Positions 56,286 through 64,000 of a stretch of 64,000 nucleotides of DNA are shown in pieces. A model generated the notes under the pieces. It made no database searches. It saw only the letters and a list, made by a program, of their open reading frames with translations, and was not told the origin of the DNA. The translations under genes were made by a program, and so were the position numbers. This DNA comes from a virus: the IMG/VR virus record IMGVR_UViG_3300037346_000220, positions 1-64,000 of that record, one strand, 5' to 3'. Position 1 is the first letter of the stretch, and every line of letters begins with the position of its first letter.

Positions 56286-57971
56286 TTGCTAATTAGGCTT
56301 CAACAAAGAAGAGGTACAGACACTCAGTGGTCTTCCTCAGACCCCGTTCTTGCTGCTGGAGAGATTGCCCTATCTACCGATGACCAAACATTCAGGATGG
56401 GTGATGGAGTAACGGCTTGGTCCTTGTTGCCATATTTTCAGAATGCAGCAGACATAGAAGTAATCCGATTAGCCGTCTTGGCAAACGCAAACTCCTATTC
56501 TGACACAGAGCTTGATGCAGCTATCTTATCAACTGAGAGTACCCTCTCACAAGCCATCAGCGACTCAGAGACGGCAGCAAACACTTACACGGATACCGAG
56601 ATAGCCTCTCTAATTGATTCAGCACCAGAAACTCTAAACACTCTTAAAGAAATAGCAGAAGCCATTGCTGAGAACGACGGAGACATCGGCACAATTCTTG
56701 CAGCTTTAGATACAAAAGCTGCAACCGACCACACGCATACCCTCTCCGACCTAACAAATGTAGACCCCTCAGGAGCTAATTTAAACGATGTTCTGTTTTT
56801 CGACGACTCCGATCAAACCTGGAAGCCAAAAGAACTTATAGGCATCGATGCCATAACTGTAACTACTGGAGTCCCCACAGGAGCAGGAGAGCTATCCTAT
56901 AATTCCAACACAGGGGCTTTCAGTTTTGCTCCAGCCATAACTGGAGTTACAGCAGGATCTTTTGGGGTATTGAATAGCACAACCACGTTTGCTGCATCCA
57001 CAGGATCTGTATATACTTATTGGGATGGAGCAAAGAAACTAGAAGTGTCCATAACTACGACTTCTAGTTACGTAAACCTAATAAGCCTGACCAGCGACCA
57101 CTTCGGCTCGTCCTCGGTAAAGCTTGTTCGGGTGGTTGACTCTGTAGAGACAGATCTCTTCACTTGGCCAATCTTAGGTACTAGGGACTTTGGCTGGACG
57201 TACTACGATCAGCATAATCTAGACGTAGGGACAGTAGTTACCTATAGAATTAAGGGACAGGCGTCATCAGGTACCTCGTACATTGGTCAAAACGCTGATG
57301 TTCAAATGCATGTTCAAGAAGTAGCTGGGGCTTTGGGAGGACAGCCTACAAGCCCAGACATATCCGTAGCCGTTGAGGGTACTGGAAGCACCACTGGTGG
57401 CTTGGCTTACGACGACGGACTTCTTACTTACACCCCAGTGCTTCCTGCAGCAGCAGCACTATCAGAATTAACTGACGTAGATTTAACTGGATTGTCAGAC
57501 ACGGATGTCTTAGCTTATGATCTAGCCTCTGGAACTTGGTTACCAGGTTCTGCAGCATCATCTGTAGCCCAACTTTCCGACGTAGACCTAACAGGCATGA
57601 TTGATAAATCCCTGTTGCAGTACTCTTCTTCATCGGATAAGTGGGAAGCTACGTCTATAGACATAGCTCCAAGTCTTGTAGCTTTTAACCCCAGGTACGG
57701 ACCCTACACTTTTGAGATCACAGACAAAGACAAGATGGTAGAATGTACATCGGAGGTTACCTTCACGGTACCCAACAACTCTTCAGTAGCCTTTCCAATT
57801 GGATCAACGATAACTGTTATGCAGAAAGGTTCTGGTCAAATTACTATTGTGGGAGCTTCTGGGGTGTCTCTGAACTTCACCCCTAGCAACAAAACAAGGA
57901 CCCAGTACTCTTCAGCAACTCTAGTAAAGAGAGATACGAATGTCTGGTACTTGATGGGGGACCTAGAGTAA
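56286..57971 (+). CDS. Tail fibre (Mtd_N-like N-terminus)
   Basis: RLQQRRGT..QW...PVLAAGEI; APETLNTLKEIA; L..L.DVD repeats; shared C-terminal domain. Confidence 0.88.
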   Translation: MLIRLQQRRGTDTQWSSSDPVLAAGEIALSTDDQTFRMGDGVTAWSLLPYFQNAADIEVIRLAVLANANSYSDTELDAAILSTESTLSQAISDSETAANTYTDTEIASLIDSAPETLNTLKEIAEAIAENDGDIGTILAALDTKAATDHTHTLSDLTNVDPSGANLNDVLFFDDSDQTWKPKELIGIDAITVTTGVPTGAGELSYNSNTGAFSFAPAITGVTAGSFGVLNSTTTFAASTGSVYTYWDGAKKLEVSITTTSSYVNLISLTSDHFGSSSVKLVRVVDSVETDLFTWPILGTRDFGWTYYDQHNLDVGTVVTYRIKGQASSGTSYIGQNADVQMHVQEVAGALGGQPTSPDISVAVEGTGSTTGGLAYDDGLLTYTPVLPAAAALSELTDVDLTGLSDTDVLAYDLASGTWLPGSAASSVAQLSDVDLTGMIDKSLLQYSSSSDKWEATSIDIAPSLVAFNPRYGPYTFEITDKDKMVECTSEVTFTVPNNSSVAFPIGSTITVMQKGSGQITIVGASGVSLNFTPSNKTRTQYSSATLVKRDTNVWYLMGDLE

Positions 57972-57972
57972 T

Positions 57973-58998
57973 ATGGGCATAAAAGCAATCTTGCGAGCAG
58001 GACAACAATCTCTTTTGAAAGAGGTTAGCCTAAACTTAAGCTCTGAACCAGACCTCTCTATTGACGCAAGCCTTGTCAACAACTCTTTAAGCTCAACAAC
58101 AAGAACAAATGCTAGAGGATCCACGTGGAGTTTTACTAGAGGTACCTGGGGGATTCTGTCAGGAAAGCTAAAAGCATCTAATCCCTCAAGTTATCCCATT
58201 GCCGTAGTTGACGCATTAGTCCCAAACGTAGAAATAAATATTAAAGATATTGGACAGGGCTCTGGAACCGCTCTTTGGTATACGGACAGCGATAACTGGT
58301 GGGGTGTCGGAGTGTATCAAGACTCTGAGAATTGTAACTGTACAACCTCATACTATAGCTGCAACTGTACTGCATACAGCTACTGTACAGGTGGCTATAC
58401 AACCTGCAATTCTGGCAGTGAACAACCTAATGGCACTTGGGCTCAACACTATAGCTATCAGACGTGCGGCCCAGCTTATGTCTTTAACTACTGCTCTTCT
58501 TATGGGACTATTAACTATAATTACACCTATGGGTACACTAATACAGGCTGTACGGGGTACTCCCAAGGTAGTAACGCCGTTTGTACAACTCATCAAAATA
58601 CTGTGATACATCAAAACTACGCATTTGTTTGTAACTCTTCGACCTATACTTGCAATCAGTGGGCTGGGGGCTCAAGCTGCTCAATATGTGCCTCAACAAG
58701 TTGCCAAACTTGCTACCCAGCGTATGTTAGAATGGTAAGGTCAGCATCAGCTACAGTTTCCACGTTGGCAACGTATGCAATTGATTATGTGGCAAGGTCT
58801 CTAAGAGTTTTCGTAAAAGACAAGCAAGTTACCATCCAACCATTTTCTGACGCAGCTGGGAATACATCTATTGGAAGCGAGATAATCTATGATGCGTCAG
58901 CAGCGACAGAGACTACAAAATTTGGAATTCTGATTTCACCTTCATCTTACGATGAGCAAGGATCCATACAAGATATATCTATCAAAAGGAGATACTAA
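57973..58998 (+). CDS. Beta-sandwich protein with inserted Cys/Tyr/Asn-rich region
   Basis: About 16 Cys between CNCTT and CQTCYP. Confidence 0.75.
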   Translation: MGIKAILRAGQQSLLKEVSLNLSSEPDLSIDASLVNNSLSSTTRTNARGSTWSFTRGTWGILSGKLKASNPSSYPIAVVDALVPNVEINIKDIGQGSGTALWYTDSDNWWGVGVYQDSENCNCTTSYYSCNCTAYSYCTGGYTTCNSGSEQPNGTWAQHYSYQTCGPAYVFNYCSSYGTINYNYTYGYTNTGCTGYSQGSNAVCTTHQNTVIHQNYAFVCNSSTYTCNQWAGGSSCSICASTSCQTCYPAYVRMVRSASATVSTLATYAIDYVARSLRVFVKDKQVTIQPFSDAAGNTSIGSEIIYDASAATETTKFGILISPSSYDEQGSIQDISIKRRY

Positions 58999-59232
58999 AT
59001 GTCATTACCAGACATCCCAGCAATATCAGAGATAAACTCAGGCCGATACCCATTTAACATTGCCGTAGTGATTGACAATGTCGTGTACTCAGTCTTAAAC
59101 CTACCAGGTTCCCAGGCAGCGCTTTACGCCGCTCAGCCAACATTTGTCCAGGTTGACTTTAATCAGGTTGTTACAGGTTCGGTCTATAACCCTGCCGATG
59201 GAACATTTACTGACCCAGAAGTAAACGAATAG
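58999..59232 (+). CDS. Tail-fibre-assembly-chaperone-like small protein
   Basis: IAVVIDNVV...AA.Y..QPTFV...V..G..Y....G.F..P. Confidence 0.55.
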   Translation: MSLPDIPAISEINSGRYPFNIAVVIDNVVYSVLNLPGSQAALYAAQPTFVQVDFNQVVTGSVYNPADGTFTDPEVNE

Positions 59233-59277
59233 GGGGCTAACTCGACAAACCCCCATGGGGTTTAGATTGGACAAAAT

Positions 59278-59967
59278 GTGAAGCTTATTAGGTTTACCTC
59301 GCATAAAGATTATGAATCATCTGGACAACCTGTCCCAGCAAAGAAGACCGTGCCCCAATGGTTTAAGGATGCAGAAGTTACCTTTACCGTACCAGGGTCT
59401 AAAACTCCTATGTCAGGGTTAAAGAAATGTATACCTTACCTTGATGTTCTGACCTCAGGGTATATGCTTGTAACTCCAGCTGACATCTATATCTCTCAAA
59501 ATAAGTCTGGCGATGGCATTGACGTCAAATGGGACGAGTCTCCCTCAGGAAGCTTTATAGATGAGAGGCCAAAAGAGCTTGGAGCAACAATGCCAAGACC
59601 AGAGGGCTTTGCTCCTAATCACATGGTTTGGGTAGGTCGCTGGGGTTGGAAAGTCCCTAGGGGTTACAGTGTCCTCGTAACACACCCTTTTAATAGGTTA
59701 GATCTGCCATTCCATACTCAGTCTGCTATTATCGATAGTGATAGTTTTTTTGCCCCAGGAAACATCCCCTTCTTCATAAATAAAAGCTTCTCTGGGAAGA
59801 TACCAAAAGGGACTCCTTTTGCACAGCTGCTGCCAATTAAGCGTGACAGTTGGAAGATGGTAAAAAATGATCAGGCCTTGCTAGAAATTGCAGATCTCCA
59901 GGGGCACGTCGTCCGATCTGATGCCCCGTACAGAATGATATCTTGGTTTAGAAAGAAGTATGACTAA
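59278..59967 (+). CDS. DUF6065/dUTPase-fold-like protein, paralog of 31-726
   Basis: KKCIPYLD....GY, P.GYSVL.THP.NR.DLPF, IPKGTP..Q..P.KR..W. Confidence 0.65.
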   Translation: MKLIRFTSHKDYESSGQPVPAKKTVPQWFKDAEVTFTVPGSKTPMSGLKKCIPYLDVLTSGYMLVTPADIYISQNKSGDGIDVKWDESPSGSFIDERPKELGATMPRPEGFAPNHMVWVGRWGWKVPRGYSVLVTHPFNRLDLPFHTQSAIIDSDSFFAPGNIPFFINKSFSGKIPKGTPFAQLLPIKRDSWKMVKNDQALLEIADLQGHVVRSDAPYRMISWFRKKYD

Positions 59968-60413
59968 TGACTAAAAAAAGCAAAAATGTAAACAAGGACG
60001 GAATTAGGAAGCCAGTTCCTGCCATCGTAAACTTGGAAGCAGCTAGGTTCGTAAAGATCTCTACAGCCCAGCTAATAAAGATATGGCTAAGAAAAAAGAT
60101 TATAGGAGAATCAGACATTGCTGGTAAGATTCATGAGCTAGAGCATAAGGCTCTAATGAAGGAGCAGACAGAAGACCCGTCTTACAACCCCACCCCCACT
60201 TCGGTCAAGGCTTACCACCTAGCTGTAGTCGTTGAGGGCAACGTCGTAGAGATAATGAGGGCTTCAGACGGTATGACAGAGATTCTGCTAATGTCCCCAG
60301 ACTTTATAGTTTACCTTCCAAAAGAGACTGACGTCAAGATTGGAATGGAGTATAAGAACGGAGACTTTGTAGATGTCGCAGAAGAATTTGCCAAAGATAC
60401 CACCACTGAATAA
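59967..60413 (+). CDS. Protein with C-terminal chaperone-like domain (paralog of 48297/58999)
   Basis: LAVVVEG.V...P.FI...VKIG..Y.NG.F. Confidence 0.55.
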   Translation: MTKKSKNVNKDGIRKPVPAIVNLEAARFVKISTAQLIKIWLRKKIIGESDIAGKIHELEHKALMKEQTEDPSYNPTPTSVKAYHLAVVVEGNVVEIMRASDGMTEILLMSPDFIVYLPKETDVKIGMEYKNGDFVDVAEEFAKDTTTE

Positions 60414-60576
60414 ACCTCAAGTTGCTATAAGCAAAGAAACAAGAGAGGCCAGGTATGACACTTGTAAGTCCTGTAAGTTTTTTATGAAGATAAACAGTGT
60501 GTGTAAACTATGCGGTTGTGATATGGAACAAAAGACTCACGTTCAAGAAGCTACCTGCCCAGCTGGTAAATGGTAA
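60373..60576 (+). CDS. Six-Cys small protein
   Basis: RYDTCKSC...CKLCGC.M..K......CP.GKW. Confidence 0.7.
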   Translation: MSQKNLPKIPPLNKPQVAISKETREARYDTCKSCKFFMKINSVCKLCGCDMEQKTHVQEATCPAGKW

Positions 60577-60607
60577 AAAAAATAGTTTATTATGCTAAAA
60601 TAGAAAC

Positions 60608-63600
60608 ATGTCTCAACCATCGAATCTTTATGCAGAAAAGATATTTGCAGAACACCCCATAGCTCTCTGGGCCCTAGAAGAGCAGGTAGACTATCTATCA
60701 TTAGTCTCTGATCCCCAAAGAGACTTCTCCCAATGGCAGCCAGTAAATTCTGAAGTCTTGTCACCAGATAGTTCAGCCCTAGACTATCCAGCTCCTTACC
60801 CACTTTCACCCTTGGGTCTAATGTCGTTAACGACAAGCACCTCTGGGTTCACGTCCTTTGGCGCAGCGTCCCCCCTGGCATATCCAGTTATGGTTGATTC
60901 GTTTTCTTCTACGAAGGACACCTTCTGCATAGGCATTCATCTTCTAGCGGTCAGTCAAACAGTGCTCTCTATTTCAGTAGGGTACACTTATGTAGACTCA
61001 GAGACAGGCCTGCCCGTTACCAAGGCAACGTCCTTTCCAGTATCGTCAAACACTAACTGGTCTTTCATATCAGAAACCTTTTCCGTTTCAGAAATAAACT
61101 CAGAGTCGTTCTACCCCTCAATCTCTGTAGTCTCGGCCCACCCAGAATCAATTACAGGTCCAATAACTCACCTAGTCTATGTCAATGGTCTTACCGTAGG
61201 GCAAAACTCAGAAGAGTTCAACTACGGGTCATTAGGAATTTCTCCATCTGGTCAAGAAGAAAATATCTTTGGTGTAGAACCCAGCGACATCCTAGTTCCG
61301 TCCGATCAGTATGGGATAGTAGGGAGAAAAGCTTACTATGTCGTAAAAGGCGGAAACAATCTAGTCTCTCAGAACTCAGGGATGCCTCTTGTTTATGGCG
61401 CTCAGAATGCTACAGTCATGACAAATTCTCAGGGAACCCCCAACCTACTGATACCAGGATATGGGTTTATGAATGATTCAGGAAGAAACAAGGAGTACAC
61501 TTTTGAAATGTGGTTTAGACCAAACTCTTTTGCAACATCTTCCACTAGAATTTTTGGACCAGTAGCCTCAAATGACGGGATCTACATAGATGGAGCATTC
61601 TTAAGGTTAAAGCTAGGAGGTTCTATAGCATCACACTATGTAGGCGATTCCTTCAGGCCTATGCTCGTAAACATTAAAACTCTAAAAGACTCAGCTTCCT
61701 TGCTTATTAACGGAGAGTCGGTAGCAACTATAACGTTTGATTCAGCCACCATTCCTCTACCAGCTCCTAAACTTGATGGAAAGAATCAAGACTTTTTAGC
61801 ATTCTATACTTCAGACGCTGTTCCTCAGATTGATGTAGACTGCGTGGCCATCTACTCATACTCAGTTCCTTCCTTAGTAGCTAAAAGGCGAATGGCCTAC
61901 GGCCAAGCTGTAGAGTTTCCAGAAAACGTAAACACGGCATACAGTGGGACAACGGCGTACTTCGATTATAACTTTGCAGATTACACAAACAATTATTCAT
62001 ACCCAAATATCGGAAGATGGTATCAGGGAATTTCAGACAACCTTGTTTTTGACAATGATGTCCTCTCAACGCCAAGCTATGGGCTCCCACAGCTAGTTAT
62101 GCAGGATGAGACAACTTATAAGAATTGGGTTTCTGAAAACTCTGATAATCAGGTGGTAGACGAAGACCTGTTCTTCAGCTTTAGCTCACCTGGCTACCTG
62201 TACTTTGAAAAACTTAGAATGCTTACTCAAGATACCAGGGCTATCTATATGGTTTTTGAAACCTCAGGATACTCAGAGAACAAGCAGGTATTGCTTAGAG
62301 TTGAAGACAACTTGACAACCAACAACTTCGAGGTATCTGTTACTGGATCAGATGTGTCTTACACCCTAAACTACCAAGGGGTAGAGACTTCCCTATACAC
62401 GGAGTCAGACCTGATAGCAAACACAAAAGCCTTTGCAGGGATAGACATAGACGGTTTGGCAAAGTATTTCGGAAGAACCTTTACTGCATTCTTTGGTAAC
62501 AAGTCACGCCTCAGTGTTTATGTTGGATCAGACAAAGACTTTGAGAGCCCATTCTCAGGAAAGATTTACTCTATAAATTTCTGTACCAACAAAAACTTTC
62601 AGAAGGTCTCAGCCTTTTTCCAAGATCCAGAGATCATTAGCACAGACTTTGTTGCTGACGCAGGAGATAACTACTTTGGCACTGACGCATCGACATGGTT
62701 CAGAACCTTTGACGGAGGCTTTGTAGATTCTTTTAGCCTAGATGGAGCAGCTAGCCACATAGCGAGTTATAGCCTAAGAGCTAAAAGCATTTTTGATAAT
62801 TACTCTATAGACATCCTAGCAGATTCTTATTGGGAAGATTACATTCCCCTAAAGCATTTTGCACAGTATGTCACCAACAGTGACTCAGGATCTTATTATG
62901 ACTTGGATTTTTTGCAGTTTAACGTGGGATACCCAGCAATTAGAAAGTTCTTAGCTGGAAGTTTTGATACGTCTAATAGCTCCGTAAAGAGTTATATAAC
63001 TTTTCAGTACTTAGCTACAGGAGCGACAGCGCAACCAGGATACTTTACAGAGACCATGAGCGCACCACAGAGCGGTATTGTAGAGCCTGGAGATAACTGG
63101 ATGACAACAAGGTACGAGGTTGTCAATGGTTCGATCATCTACCTTCCAAAGAACATAGACTTTTTAGACATAGCTTTGGTGACAAGCTTAGAGATAGTTT
63201 CCCAGGGCATCAGTTTAGATAAGATAAAGATAAAAAGCCTAGAGTATGCATCTCAGGCTTTTAATGGAGACACCTCAAACCCTATTGGTACTCGGTTTGG
63301 TCTCCCTGTGTTTCCCTACAGAAAATACAACCTTTACTACGACTATAAGACTAGGAACCCATACAAGATATACAAGAGGGGCTCTCCTTATCTTTACTTG
63401 ACGTCAGACAGCGGAATCAAAAAGGTGGGAGAGCAAGAGAGGGTCACAGACAGAGGGCTTTCAATACCAGTTAACTTAAACCTATCAGAAAAGTATAGGG
63501 TGGTATCTATGCAAATGGCAATGAGGTTTGACGAAGAATCTTTCCCCGACAAGGTCAGAGTATTTGAGGTTGAAGCAAAGAACTCATATATTAAGTTTTA

Positions 63601-64000
63601 CTTAGCCAAGGTTGGAACTTCAGGAAAGAGGGCAAAGCTGTATGCCGTCAATGCAGCAACAGGCGCAGTAAACGACGGTGTCGCTTTTTATCTTAATGGA
63701 AAGCTTGTCCGTCAACCTGTGATCAATCTAGACCAATGGAACATGCTAGGAGTAACATTCTCGACAGTTCTCAATTTTGACTCATACTCTGGGGGTATCA
63801 GAATTACTGGTCCTCTAATGGTTAATAATGTTTCGCAGTATCAGTCTACAAACCTACAGGAAATTCAGGAGCAAGACTTTAGGCAATGGTCTGAGGTCGC
63901 CACTAACCCAGCAGACATATCAGGACTTGGCTGGAAGTTCTGGAGCAATACATATATTTGGAATGGGGTTCTAGTAAAGTCCTCTACAAATATCTATGGA
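60608..64000 (+). CDS. Large virion/tail protein with LamG-like segment, truncated by window end (absent from ORF track)
   Basis: Leaderless ATG at 60608 (TAAAAT 60596-60601), MSQPSNLYAEKIFAEHPIALWAL; the last bases read in the same frame (1131 codons); YTFEMWF and LLINGE strands. Confidence 0.8.
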   Translation, partial: MSQPSNLYAEKIFAEHPIALWALEEQVDYLSLVSDPQRDFSQWQPVNSEVLSPDSSALDYPAPYPLSPLGLMSLTTSTSGFTSFGAASPLAYPVMVDSFSSTKDTFCIGIHLLAVSQTVLSISVGYTYVDSETGLPVTKATSFPVSSNTNWSFISETFSVSEINSESFYPSISVVSAHPESITGPITHLVYVNGLTVGQNSEEFNYGSLGISPSGQEENIFGVEPSDILVPSDQYGIVGRKAYYVVKGGNNLVSQNSGMPLVYGAQNATVMTNSQGTPNLLIPGYGFMNDSGRNKEYTFEMWFRPNSFATSSTRIFGPVASNDGIYIDGAFLRLKLGGSIASHYVGDSFRPMLVNIKTLKDSASLLINGESVATITFDSATIPLPAPKLDGKNQDFLAFYTSDAVPQIDVDCVAIYSYSVPSLVAKRRMAYGQAVEFPENVNTAYSGTTAYFDYNFADYTNNYSYPNIGRWYQGISDNLVFDNDVLSTPSYGLPQLVMQDETTYKNWVSENSDNQVVDEDLFFSFSSPGYLYFEKLRMLTQDTRAIYMVFETSGYSENKQVLLRVEDNLTTNNFEVSVTGSDVSYTLNYQGVETSLYTESDLIANTKAFAGIDIDGLAKYFGRTFTAFFGNKSRLSVYVGSDKDFESPFSGKIYSINFCTNKNFQKVSAFFQDPEIISTDFVADAGDNYFGTDASTWFRTFDGGFVDSFSLDGAASHIASYSLRAKSIFDNYSIDILADSYWEDYIPLKHFAQYVTNSDSGSYYDLDFLQFNVGYPAIRKFLAGSFDTSNSSVKSYITFQYLATGATAQPGYFTETMSAPQSGIVEPGDNWMTTRYEVVNGSIIYLPKNIDFLDIALVTSLEIVSQGISLDKIKIKSLEYASQAFNGDTSNPIGTRFGLPVFPYRKYNLYYDYKTRNPYKIYKRGSPYLYLTSDSGIKKVGEQERVTDRGLSIPVNLNLSEKYRVVSMQMAMRFDEESFPDKVRVFEVEAKNSYIKFYLAKVGTSGKRAKLYAVNAATGAVNDGVAFYLNGKLVRQPVINLDQWNMLGVTFSTVLNFDSYSGGIRITGPLMVNNVSQYQSTNLQEIQEQDFRQWSEVATNPADISGLGWKFWSNTYIWNGVLVKSSTNIYG

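Noticed and set aside
47463-58998. Diversity-generating retroelement acting on tail tips (Mtd_N-like domains, Asn/Tyr/Cys-rich regions)
   Set aside because: No reverse transcriptase and no template/variable repeat pair differing at adenines was seen in the window; Mtd_N is only an attachment domain
1-64000. Stop-codon reassignment
   Set aside because: Known proteins (ThyX, GroES, carbamoyltransferases, fibres) are full length in the standard code and TAA, TAG and TGA all end genes
1-64000. tRNA or rRNA genes
   Set aside because: No cloverleaf with T-loop and acceptor stem noticed by eye; tRNAscan-SE would be needed to exclude them formally
60608-64000. Apparent 3.4-kb non-coding gap in the ORF track (and ORF 61881-62090 on -)
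   Set aside because: Best explained as one + strand frame from ATG 60608 with no stop before the window end; the short - ORF is a shadow

Overview
The window is part of a large tailed dsDNA phage genome, almost certainly infecting an Actinobacterium. Evidence: WhiB, NrdH-type glutaredoxin, ThyX, GroES, an FmdB Zn-ribbon, an actinophage-type lysozyme-like protein, pervasive leaderless promoters and GAAAGGA-type RBSs. There are three blocks. (1) 1-28 kb, mostly + strand: lysis genes, WhiB, nucleotide/redox genes and an unusually rich modification toolkit (several 2OG-Fe(II)/cupin oxygenases, a Skp1-hydroxyproline GlcNAc-transferase-like GT, a GT61-like protein, NDP-sugar epimerase and dehydrogenase, kinase plus nucleotidyltransferase, PIG-L deacetylase, two carbamoyltransferases, SGNH-like proteins). 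(2) About 28.4-40 kb, - strand: an early-type region of small ORFs, possibly a long terminal repeat, with a dense regulatory architecture. It holds 14 promoters of the exact form TGTC(T/A)G-N10-TAnnnT (the geometry of the actinobacterial PafBC/RecA-NDp DNA-damage promoter), sigma-A promoters with a GTGTC (WhiA-box-like) element, 11-bp-periodic GTTAC arrays, a repeated inter-cassette module, two terminator-like hairpins with an identical 17-nt anti-Shine-Dalgarno loop, and a covarying pseudoknot in two copies. (3) 41.9-64 kb, + strand: virion genes (collagen-like proteins, three fibres sharing a C-terminal domain, each followed by a Cys-rich or Phe/Pro-repeat partner and chaperone- or oxygenase-like genes) and a >1100-aa ORF that runs off the end. 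Family assignments come from motif recognition by eye; no database searches were run.
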